A stretch of DNA of 53,076 nt from Rhizaria sp. SCN 62-66. Its lineage: Eukaryota. The notes beneath the pieces were generated by a model. It did not search any database and was not told where the DNA came from. It was given only the letters and a program-made list of their open reading frames with translations. Made by a program: the position numbers and the translations under genes. Below, piece after piece: positions 1 to 11,300 of this stretch (positions are counted from its first letter, which is position 1; the number at the start of each line of letters is the position of its first letter). The stretch covers positions 1 to 53,076 of the forward strand of contig MEDY01000203.1 of assembly GCA_001724265.1 (NCBI GenBank), given 5' to 3'.

Positions 1-1
1 C

Positions 2-94
2 CACTGCGGCCAGATCTTCCAGCTCACCACCAACCCCGACGAGGTCTGCACCGACTACATCCCCAAGGTCGACAACATGGCCCACATCGCGTAA
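2..94 (+). CDS. 3' end of a probable cytochrome c oxidase subunit 5B-like gene (partial, runs off window start)
   Basis: Frame from base 2 reads HCGQIFQLTTNPDEVCTDYIPKVDNMAHIA-TAA(92-94) with strong C/G-ending codon bias. HCGQIFQL resembles the C-terminal zinc-binding CxxCGxxF/YxL motif of COX5B. Only 30 codons are visible. Confidence 0.5.
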   Translation, partial: HCGQIFQLTTNPDEVCTDYIPKVDNMAHIA

Positions 95-520
95 ATACCG
101 TGAGACAGGCTCATCTTACCACAAAGACCAATAACACAAAACAAAGATATCTATCTTCACGTCTATCTAATGCGCGTGTGTCAGCCGCTGCCGTCACTTC
201 ATCTTAAACGGTGACAATTCGCGCTTCCACGCCCAAACAACCCTGAATACGTACCAAAACAAAACAAATGCTACGTACCGCTACCGACAACGACGACGAC
301 ACAGCTTACGACGGTGCTGCACTGCCATGTGTGAGATGCTATTGCGCTTGCGAACCAAATTACACTCTCGCAAGCCGCTGCACTGCACTCTCGCGCTCTC
401 AGCGCCAGTCGTTTACACCCACGCAGTCTGCATGCCTCGCCGCTGTGTGATGCTGCTGTGCTGCTTGTTGGTAGCTTCACTCCTCTCCTGCGCTCCCCTG
501 TCCCGCTCGCGCTGCGCCGC

Positions 521-521
<1 letters not shown>

Positions 522-557
<36 letters not shown>
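522..557. repeat. (CTG)12 microsatellite in the non-coding region downstream of the first gene
   Basis: 12 perfect CTG units read directly. Confidence 0.95.
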
Positions 558-558
<1 letters not shown>

Positions 559-1301
559 GATACATACCGAACGAGACAGCCCCTCTCTACCACGCGCGCG
601 CGCTCCCGTGTTACCTGGCGGTCCCTGTGCCGCTACCTCAGTTCTCCCCCCTTTTTAGTTTTTCAAATGCCGCTCCTGCGACTGCAGCCGCCACTCTGCG
701 GCTGCGGTCCCTGGCTGCATCGGGGGTGATGGTGAGATGTTACAACGGGTTGTGCGTGCTGGTTTCACTCATTCAGAAAATTTATTGAGTATGACTTGGT
801 GGTTTGCCGATTCTTTGCTCTATACACAGATTAAATTCTAAACACTCATTTCTTGCGCTTTGTAATGTCAGTTTCCTTCAACCTCGCACTGACTGGATTG
901 GGGTGGACCATGTTGTCTGACCGTTACCAGTTGCTTGTCAGTTCATGTTTCACAGCTGTTCTCCACATGATGTTTTTGTATTAATGTATAATTACGAGGT
1001 GTCCTGTATCACGGTGTGTTTTGATTTGCTACCATGTTATCATTTCTCTTGACGGACACACTGAAGAACTAGACCCACTTTACCTGCTTTATCCACGACG
1101 CACCCTTGTTCGAGCTTATCTACGCCTCCGTGCCTGCAACGCGTCGTGTATTTTATCCTGACTTATCTCACCACACTCGCATGGTATCTTCATCTGTCTA
1201 GTCTTAGCCACTTTAACGTGAACCTTATTAGGCGGGATATAACCCTACAAAGCTTCAGTTCCCCTTGCCAGCTTTGCTGTTTTCTCTTGTACCGCTGAGA
1301 A

Positions 1302-2407
1302 ATGAACCGCGCCGCCGCTGACGCGGACAAGAAAAAGCCCAAGAAGGCTAAGAAGGAACCTGTACGTTACCACGCGCTGCTGTATATAGATTGCGAGCGT
1401 GTATCCCTGTTTAGCTTGTGGTATAAGTGCGCCAGCCCTCTTGGTTACACTGGGACTGCGGTGCGCTTCATTTACTCCCAACTCACTCTCCAACTCTCTC
1501 GTATTTGATATTACCACTGGCAATTTATCCCTGCCCCACAGGAGCCCCCTAAGGCGGTCAGTGTTTATGAAAACTTTGCGCAGCAAGAAGTAGCTCTGCT
1601 GCGCTCCATGGAGACCGCAAACGACTTCATCTGGCGTACGTTAACTCACAACTTGTTAAAAAATGAGTGGAGTAGCTTGGGTATAGTGCACATTATGCGA
1701 TAAAATGTGGGAGTCCCAGAAATTAATCTGTTTATTTAACTTTAAATATATCTTATTGCTTTTATATATGTTTACCAACTCCCTTAATTCATTGGTTCTC
1801 TTTGCATCACCCAATCCTCTCATGTTTGTTTTACGATTCGAACGCGCTCACAGTGGACCTGAAGCTCGTCGACTGGCTGCACGCCGACTTCGTAGTGTGC
1901 CTGCGCGTGTCTTCTCCGCTGTGGACGGTGCGCCGCCACATCCGCGACCGTCACACGCATGTGGAGCACCTGCAGCTGTACCGCGCGCCGGCGCACAAGA
2001 AAAGCGAGATCCTCGACTTCTCCACCACGCTCCACCAGCTGGGCTTCGTCGGCGGGCCCAAGGAGGCCGGGCTGCGCGGCGTGCTTTACTACAACTTCCG
2101 CCCCGGGCGCGTGCGCGACCCGACGCTGGGCCGGCAGCCGGCGCTCATGGTCGCCCATGACCCGCAGCGGGAGGCGCAGGCCAAGGACATCCTCGAGGAG
2201 ATGGGCATCGTGCCGCCCATGCCGCGCAACGCCGGCGCCGGGGCGGGCAGCGGGCCTCACGGCAGCGCGGGCGCAGGCGCGAGCGTGGGCGCGGGCGACG
2301 GCGGCGCCGGTGGCAGCGGCGGTAGCGGCGGCAGCGGTGGGAGCGGCAGTATGTACGGAGGGGGGATGGGGCTGGCGGGCAGCGCGCTGGGGGGACTCAT
2401 GGGCTGA
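1302..2407 (+). CDS. Ubiquitin-like (beta-grasp) domain protein, ~235 aa; exons 1302-1361, 1542-1635, 1854-2407
   Basis: Introns GTACGT...CAG at 1362-1541 and 1636-1853 join in frame: MNRAAADADKKKPKKAKKEP|EPPKAVSVYENF...NDFIW(L)DLKLVDWLHADFVVCLRVSSPLWTVRRHIRDRH...LQLY...TTLHQLGF...VLYYNF. The spacing of these motifs is ubiquitin-like. Gly/Ser-rich tail, TGA stop. Fold is inferred. Confidence 0.65.
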
Positions 2408-3367
2408 AGCTGAAAACATATGCGCACGATAGCTACAATGACCTGACGAGTCAGGCACACACACTATAAAGCTGCAAGTGGCAATGTGGTATAGAGGACC
2501 GATGTGTGAGATGAAGCAACGCGACGTCTCGAGTCAATCTCTGATGGATGGGCTGCTCGAACCTGTGCGAAGTTGCGTCGGGCCATGTTCGAATTGAAAT
2601 ACACATAGGCATTTCATTTAATGACACATCGTATATCAACGTCTCAAGAGCATACGTGATGGCGGATACTTCACAATGAAAACACTCTGGTGTAGCGAAG
2701 ATCTTATATTGGGTATATTGGTTTAAATACAAGCTTAATGTGAACTAAATGTACTACTATTGCTTACGACTATAGAAACGAAAGAAAAGAAACAATAACA
2801 AAACGACAACTCAAAAGGTGGCAACCACAGCCGCCACACAGAAGATAGGAAGACAAATACTTCAGTGCTCAGCGTTGCTGCTCCTCTAGCGGCGCGTGGA
2901 TACAAAACAAAGTTCGTTTGTGTAAGTGTGGACGTTAGTACGTGTACTGTGTGTTCATAGTTAAGTTTGCTCGTATATCATCAAACAGTAGCAACAAAAA
3001 ATAGCAGAAGTACAAACGATGGATGTTACGGCAGCAACGCGCAGCGATGTGAGTTGTGTAGCCGATGGGGTCAGTGTGAATCAATGACTGAAAGCGTACT
3101 CCTTGTTATCGGCAGTAGCATGAGAGCCCACATGAGCACAAAGAATGGCATAACTTCACAGCAGCCGAAGTGGCAGCGGAAACAGCAATGTTTGTCTAAT
3201 TGATTGTCTGATTGATTGTTTGTAGGTAGGAAACGGCAAGCTACGACATGAACGACCACAATGTCCAGCATAAATATTACAAGAGAAGAATAAAATAAAA
3301 ACGAAACAAGTGTGTAAAAGAGACAAAAATACATAACGACAACGCCTTGTCGTCAAACCACGCTGGC

Positions 3368-4192
3368 TTAAAGCGCCTTGACGGGAGCGGGCGTAAGAGA
3401 GCTGTGGAGCACGGTGCGGAGCTCCTTGTTGCCGATGGAGCCAATGGACCAGGGCACCATCATACGCAGCATGCGTGTGGTAACGTTCTTCATGTAGTCC
3501 TTCTTGAGGAACGCGACGCGTTGCGCGGGCGTATTGTTGGGGTTGTTGTAGAGGTCGAAGCCGATGAGGTGGATGGGCGACGTGAGGAACTGCAACACGA
3601 GCGGCATCATGAATTGCGCGACATAGTAGCCCGAGCGTTCGTTACCCGTGTACTTGGCGATCTCCTTGCCGACGAGCGGCGGGAGCGAAACGAAGAATGC
3701 CATCGAGATGAGGTCGCGCGCGCCCCAGGCGACGTAAGACGCCACGGGGACGGGGGCCGTGTTGGTGGCCACGCCGTAGAGCGATGCGAAGGCCTTGTCC
3801 TTGAACATCGATGCCGTCGAGTTAACGGCCGAGGAGCCGATCCACTTCTCGAAGGCGACGTCGGTTTTGTAGTGCTCCTTGTAGCTGTCGAAGAGGTTGT
3901 TGACGAAGTAAGTCGTGCCGTAGACGCTGAGGACCCAGCGGAACATGGGGCCACGCAGGAACTTAACCGGGTGGCGCACGATGTCCGCAAACGTTGACGT
4001 GGCCGAGTTAAACAAAGTGTTACGGCCGGAAGCGTTCTCGGTGACAGCGCGGTCGAGTGTGGCGATGAACGGGGTGCAGAGAGAGCCCGCGGTGTAGGAC
4101 GAGACGAAATCGGCCGCGTACTTGCTCAGGATGGACGGCTGACGGGGGGCATCAGACGGATCAGGTGCGAACGCACGGGGCTGTGTGGACAT
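3368..4192 (-). CDS. Divergent mitochondrial-carrier-like membrane protein, 274 aa, single exon
   Basis: Clean ORF with coding-type codon usage and several hydrophobic helices. Degenerate Px[DE]xx[KR]-like signatures (TPFIATLDR, SPIHLIGFDLYN). The DRAVTENASGR, YGTTYFVNN, FKDKAFA and RDLISMAFF motifs match my recollection of an uncharacterised fungal/protist mitochondrial family. TAA stop. Confidence 0.7.
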   Translation of the reverse strand: MSTQPRAFAPDPSDAPRQPSILSKYAADFVSSYTAGSLCTPFIATLDRAVTENASGRNTLFNSATSTFADIVRHPVKFLRGPMFRWVLSVYGTTYFVNNLFDSYKEHYKTDVAFEKWIGSSAVNSTASMFKDKAFASLYGVATNTAPVPVASYVAWGARDLISMAFFVSLPPLVGKEIAKYTGNERSGYYVAQFMMPLVLQFLTSPIHLIGFDLYNNPNNTPAQRVAFLKKDYMKNVTTRMLRMMVPWSIGSIGNKELRTVLHSSLTPAPVKAL

Positions 4193-5396
4193 TTTAAGCA
4201 GGAATCCAAAGACGGGGAGGCGCTAGAAGAAGGAACTGACTTGAAAGACAGAAACTCGAGGTGCCGGGGACGTGCGAGAGCGAAGGTGCGCTTCAAACGT
4301 CATCGGAGTCACGAAAGAGGTAGCGGAGATTGATTAGTGATGGCGAGTGTGTGAGTGGTTTGCGGAAAAAACAACACGTAGTGTTGAATAATTGGGTTTT
4401 GCGTCGTCCACAATCAGTCAATTTCTCCCAATAAAAGCTTAAGGACAGGAAACCGGCATTGTGCACTAATGGCCCGTGACGGCCAAGCCGGAACAGCGAC
4501 GAGAACAAGCAGATTAAGACCGATATATACCGAAGATGGCACCCAGAAAACTGTGAAAAGTATCGAAAAAACTAAGAAATCAATCATAATAAAAGACTAA
4601 ATCTTACGAAGACCGTCCGCTGCGACTAGCGGAGAGATTCGCGATCAGCCCGTTCACTCACCCTCCGCTCCGCTCTGTTTCTACACTCGTTCTGGTCCGA
4701 CCGGCCTTCCAGCGCGATGGCCACGTCTTTCTACTAAGCAAGCGTGTTCATGTTTGTAATCAATACCTTTGTTGACAAATTTGCGATATGTCATATTCCG
4801 GAATTTTATTTCTTTTAAAATGCATTTCAATTTTGAAATAAGTTTGATCTTGTTGAGACTACAAGTTAAATGTTGTCATATGACGTCACTCATAAAGACA
4901 CGTTTGTAATATCTGACTATGTGCAGACCACTTGTACTTAAACTACATGAAAGTGCAGCTTAAAACATTGATCTTAGAGACATTTTGTACTTATATAAAC
5001 ACATACGTGACATTATGATCAGAACCATTCCATATGCAACTTGAAAAACGTACACAAAAGGCAGGGATATTGCGTGGGAGTATTGCATAAGCTGTACGTA
5101 TACGCATGACTTGCGAATAGTAATGAAACAAATGAATGTATTCTGTATCATTGGCATCCAAAAGCGAGCAGCTAATGAATAGTGTAATCAATTCAAAAAT
5201 CACAATGATTGAAGGAATGCACGCACTCAACAACAGTGTTGAAAGTGCTGGTGCTCCAATCACACAAACATATAGAGGCATAAAAAAGCTCAAGACTAAG
5301 TAAAAACAGGGAAATCAATTTATCGAAGAAGATACTGTCAGTAACAACTTTCAGTCATTTTGCCACACTACGTCAGGCACGCTCAGAGGAGTAAAC

Positions 5397-8300
5397 TTAG
5401 ACTGTGTCCTCAGCACAATCGTCCACTGTACTGTTGTGGAGCCTTCTGGCCTCGCCAGCAGGGGACAGCGCGGTCGCAAACGCGTTGGAGGTCGAGACGT
5501 TTCTCGCCGACGGTGGCACGAGGTCGTCCCGCGCTTGTTCTTGGAGAGAGGCGACAGGCGCCCTTTCAGTGGTCACAGCCTCTGTAGCGCTCGCAGCAGG
5601 GGTAGCGTCAGTGGTCACGGCGGGAGCCGACTCGCTGCGAATATAGTCGTAGTTGATATTGCCGTCGGACCCACGGTCAGCAATAGCGCTAGAGTCGCCA
5701 ACGACACTGCCGTTGTTGTTGCTGAGGCTGATACTGACAGTGAGCGGCACGTCCGCAGGCTCCTCGAGAGCCATCGGGGCCGACACAGGTTCGGGCGCCG
5801 CGCAGTCGCCGCAGCTACTCTTGGCGCTGACATCGTCCCCGTCAGCATTGTCCGCATCAGGATTGCCAATCTCGCCCACTGCAACGTCGTCGTCAGCGGC
5901 GGCGTCGACACTCGCGGCGTCATATGCCGCGCTCACGGGCGCCGCCGGGCCGGCGCGAAGACTCTCCGCCGCAGTGTTAGTTGGGTTGGGGTTGGAGGTT
6001 ATGTCATGAGAGACGGGAGCAACGCTGGCGCCGGCGCTTGCCATGGTGCTGGAGTACACAAGGCTCTCGTTCTCGAGGCCGCTGCTAAAGACCGCGGCCG
6101 CGTTCGAGTTGGCGCTCAATGTACGCTCACGGTCGACGTCGCTCACGGTCACAGTCGCGTTGTGGGGGTAGTTGCGCGAGTAGCCCGCCACATGAGGAGG
6201 TGCAAAGGGACTACCCACATGAGCCATCGCCGGAGACTGTTGCTCTTGAGAAGCCGTGCCCGCTGCATTCATCGCAGCATCATCAGCAGCAACGGGGGCA
6301 AGAGCATCTCCAGAGTTATCGAAGTGGGCAACACTGTCGCCCCTGAAGTTGCTCGCATTAGGATCAACTGTCACTGGGACTGACATAGCCCTCGCAACCG
6401 CTTGAGGCAGCTGTTGCTGCTGTTGCGGCTCAGTGGGGCGATACAGTGTGCGGTCATGGGGATGACTGATTGCATCCTGGCCGTGACTTTGAATACTACT
6501 AATATAGATGCCACCAGTCGCTCGAGGAGGGGTTCTGAAACCAACGGCAGCTTCGTCGCCACTGAGCGCTCCCACAGGTGCGTAAGTGCCTGAGTTGTAC
6601 AGTCCAGGCGCGAGATACGCGTCTGCCGAGCCCGGGGGAACATCACCACCGTTCGCAGCAGTCACTGCAGCCGATGATACCTTATCCGTCGCAGAGTCAG
6701 AGGCAAGCGCAGGCATGGGAAGCGTCCCTACTGCGGTTGCTGCTGTGACCGAAATACGAGGCGGAATGGCGGGAGGCATCGTTTGGTTGGGACCAACAAT
6801 CGCAGTTGCAACTGCAACAGTTGGATTCAGAGGAGAAGCAGCAGCAGGGGCCGCAAACATTTGAGCTTGCTGATGCTGCTGAAGCAACTGCTCGTTCTGC
6901 TGCTTCAGGTATTCCTTATGCTGCATGTACGCATCCTGCTGCCTCTGGGCAATCATCTCAAGATCGCGTTGCTGCTGCTGGAGCTGCTGTTGTTGCTGCT
7001 GGAGCTGTTGTTGCTGTTGCTCATGCAACTGTTGCTGTTGCTGTTGCAACTGCTGTTGCTGTTGCTGCTGCTGGGGAGTATACTGAGGCATGTAAGGACT
7101 TCCGAATCCCATGTAAGGACTTGTTTGATGTTGTTGCACATACTGGAAGCTGCTATCCGCGTTAGGTTGCTGCTGTACCTGCTGTGGCTGCTGCGGCTAA
7201 GGGTACGCGTTGGGACTCGACACAAACGGCACAGACACATTCATCGGGATCGGCATTGGCATCGGCTGCCACCACATGCCACTGTGCTGTCCAGCGCCGA
7301 CATTCGCGCTCACGGTGTGCATGCCACTAGCATTCACACCAGGAACGCTGCTTGTGTTCATGGGCGCATTGGCAGCGACGTTGGCCGAGCGTGCCTTGCT
7401 CGTCTTGCGCTTCGCACCGGCTCCGAGGCCGGCACCGTCTGCGCCAGCGACAATGGCAGCTACAGCCTCCGCTGCCGCCGCGCCAGCAGCCTGGCCCCGC
7501 GCCGCCTTGCCCCGCACGACAGCGCGCACAAGCGCGCGCGCCGCTCCTGGGGCCGCCGCAGCGACAACGGCGGTCAGCACGCCGACCAGCCTGGCGTGTC
7601 CCGCGGCCGCGGCCGCCAGCGCGCGCCGCTGCTGCGTCACAAGCGCCTCCAGGTCAATGATACGCGCCTGCAGCACGTCGATCTCGCCCAGCTCCGCAAC
7701 GGCGGCCGCGCGCACGCTGTCAGCGCGCCCTGCTGCGGCCGTCGCCCGCAGTGCCCACAGCTGCGCAGACACCGCGGCTTCGGCCTGCGCGCGTGCCTCC
7801 ACGTCCACGGCGGCAAGACCGGCGCGGGAGACCGTCGCGAGCGCGGCGGCGGCGCCGGCGCGGTCGCGCGACGCCGCCGCAAGGCGCACGGCCGCGGCGC
7901 GGGTCAGCGCGGTGAGCGCGTCGCCGCGCGCGCGTGCGCGGGCGGCTGCGGTGTCCGCGGCAGCGGCGGCCTCGCGCGCCGTCTTGGCCTCGGCCAGGGC
8001 GGCGTCAAGACGCGCCTGCAGCGTGCGCGCGGCGGAGCGCGACTCGGCCAGCAGATTCTCGCGCTGCTGCGACAGGCGCTGCGTGCGGTCCTTGTAGGAC
8101 ACGTATGCGGCGCGCAGGCCGTCACGGTCTGCGGCGGCCGCCGCGAGATCGGACCGCGCGCGCGCAAGCTCGGCGACGAGGCGGCGCATTTCGCTGAGCC
8201 CCGCGGCGCCCGTGGTGAGCGCGGCGGCGGCCGCGGCGGCCGTAGTGCTGGCGCTTGCGCCCGCGTTGGTGCCCGTGAGGTAGTGGCTGTGACTAGGGTG

Positions 8301-11300
8301 CATGCCGGGCGACGCTGGCGGGTACGCGGAGAGCGGGGGGACGTAGGGACTGCCGGGAGAGCCGGGCGTCGTTGCTGCGGCGTACATAGCAACGTTACTC
8401 GAGCTGTAGTTGACGTTGGAGTACGTGGGGTTGTACGGGTCAAGTTGTGTGAGCGAGTACGGGTGTGGGTAGCCGGTACTGACATTAGCGGTGTAAGTAC
8501 CCGTCGCAGGGTTGTAAGTGCCAGAGTTTGCGTTCGCGGGGTGTGACAGGGGGAGGATAGCAGGTGATGTGCCTGTGACAGAGTGATAGTTGTTGCCACC
8601 ACTAGCGCTGTTGCTAGCGCCAGCAGCGCTGAACGCGGAAGTAGAGTTGTAGAAACTACTGACTCCGCTATTCACAGCACTCAGACTGCTGCTGTTGCTG
8701 GGTGGGACACCGCCTGCGTTATGGAAAGAAGCACCGGGGGCGTCATTTGCGTTAACGCTGCCACGGCGACTGCGCGTGAGCGTGAGGTTGCTCTGGGATG
8801 CAGAGTGATGCCCATGCCCATGCCTGTGGCCATGACCGGGCACGGTAAGAGCCAGACTGCCCTTGCCACCCTCGGACGCAATGCCGCTGCCTGAAGTCAA
8901 GCCGCGCGACTCAGGCGCGGGCGAGTGAATGCTCATGACGGGGTTGTTGTTGTGGGTGAACGCCGACGAGGATGAGAACGATGAGCGCGACACAGTGCCC
9001 AGTGGCGTGGCCGTGCTGGAAGCGACATTCGGCTGGGCCGAGGTCCATTGCGAGGAAGACCGTTGACGGCTCGACAACACACGCTGCTGGTGATGTTGCT
9101 GCTGCTGTAGCTGCTGATAACCGTAGCCCTGCCCGTGGCCGAGAGCAGCCGCGTGCCCATAGTGATGCGAATTGTGGTTGTGACCGTGAGTCGGCGCCAG
9201 CGACGTCGGAGACACGACTTGGTAGTATGGCGCAACGTCACTATTGCTAGAGTACAAGCGGGTCGTCGCGATCTCGCTATCGTCGAAACTTTGTTTCCGC
9301 TGGTGATAGTGCCGAGATGGGTCAACGCTCCGAGGACCCGTGCTCTCCGGGGAAGCGAATCTCATCAGACTGTGAATACGAGCAAGTTCTTCGTCATCGT
9401 CATCTTCGTAATTGTCGTCGAAGCGATCACTATAGCGACTCTCAACAGAGCCGCTACGGCGAACGGTACTGACTGCGTCAAAACTAGTCTTGCCCGAACC
9501 GGAGCCGTTCATGCGCTTCGCGACCGCGGTCATCATGCGGCGCATCAGAGTCGTGGACGCGGCGCCAGCGCCAGCAGCGCGAGAGGCACTCGCAGCAGAG
9601 CCAGCAGAGCCGCGGCCCACAAGACGGCCGACGTTGGCGCCGTCAATAGAGCCCGCTGCAGCCGCTGCTGCGAGCTGTTGTTGTTGAAACTGAAGCTGAT
9701 GTTGCTGGTGGAACGATTGCGAGTAGCTCTGCGATAAGCGTGGCAGCTGCTGCGTGGGCAACATCACCGTGCTCGACGAGCGCGCGCGGGCGGCATTCAC
9801 GCCCGCACTGTCGTCGTCAAAAGGCCTGCCGGCGACGGCGTAGTAGATCGGGTTCGACACAGTGCTGCTGCTGCGGATACTGCGGCTGATGTAGCCGGCG
9901 CTGGCATACCCGCGCTCGCCGGAGCTTCTAGTGACTGCGGGAGCAGACATACCAAACAAAGACTCGGCCGCGGTCGACTTGCGGTAGTTGTTAGACGGAG
10001 TTGAGGCTGCAGAGTGAGTGACGGGGCTGTGAGAGGCGCCAAAGACGCGGATGCGCAGACCGTCACTGTCACAGCCATTATCACTGTCACCGTTATCGTT
10101 GTCACCGTTATCATGACCACGCTTCGAAACGCGAGCATTCGCACCAGTAACGGCAGCAGCAGCGCTGCCATCTCTGTCCTTGGCAGTGAACTGACTGCAG
10201 TAAGAGTCATCGTCAATGTTGCTGCTGCTGTCGCCGTCACCGTCGCTGCCGCTACTACGAGCCGATGTTGTTGCGACGCTGCTGCCGCTCTCGCCGTGCA
10301 GGCGTGCGAAACGTGGCAGCAGCGGCGCAAGTGCGGCGGCGATCGCGGCGACGGTGGGGGCAGCAGCTACAGATGCCACGGGTGACGGAGAAGGGAATGG
10401 AGCATTCAGCAATGCAGCAACGGACCTATTGATGATGTCGTCACTGTAAGTACCAACGGCAATGTCAGCGCTTTCAGCAGAGCCGCAGCGAGCGCAGTAC
10501 TTGTTGCTTGAAGTATAACGGCCGCATAAATCGCAGTAGTAGTTGTTAGCATCAGCAAATAGCACAGCAGCAGCGTCCATCCTAGACGCACTCATAGATT
10601 CCGACTTAACCGCCAGTAAAGCAGAATCAGTTGACTCAGTCACACCGTTGTCGTTGTCGACGCCGTTGTCGATAGCGGCCTCAAACGCAACGCTCGATGC
10701 AGCTGGAGGAGGAGGAACGCGACTTAACTTCTCAACCACAATCTGCAGCAATTCCGCAACCAACAGCAACGCGGGCGACTCCTCTTCGTCTTCATCGTCG
10801 TCCGCCCGGCGAGCGCGGCGAACGCATTCGGCGCTTGAGTCGGAGCCATCACACACATCCGAGTTCGAGTCTGACTCGTCGCCGTAGGTAGTGCCGTAGT
10901 CCTCCTCTTCCTCCTCATTCACAGCAGTCAGGCGCATCGAACCACCGTCAGCGCCTGTCTTGCTCTTGATCTTATGCTTGCGACCGTGCTTATGCTTGTG
11001 TGTGTTGCTGCGACTTGACTTTTGCCTGAACGCGGCCAAGGAGCCCGACCGGGCCCGGCCCACAGCCGCGCTAAAGCTGGAGCTACTGGTGCCGAGGACA
11101 ACGTTATCACTGTCAGAGCTGCGAACAGTCTTGGATGAGTACGTGTCCACGGCCGTGGTGATAACTGTGCTGTTAGAACCAATGTTACTGGTGTTTTTGG
11201 CACCCGCTGTGCTGCCACCGCTCTGACTAGTTCCGCTGCCGCTCCCGCTTCCACGCTTGCTGCGATCGACGTTGGAACCAGCAGCATCAGCGTCAGTGCC

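Noticed and set aside
268-788. ORFs spanning the (CTG)12 repeat (poly-Leu or poly-Ala)
   Set aside because: No coding-type codon bias or motifs; more likely the 3'UTR or spacer after the first gene.
5397-7139. 580-aa ORF as an independent gene
   Set aside because: It starts at GTG with no promoter space and is in frame with the giant ORF across a single TAG.
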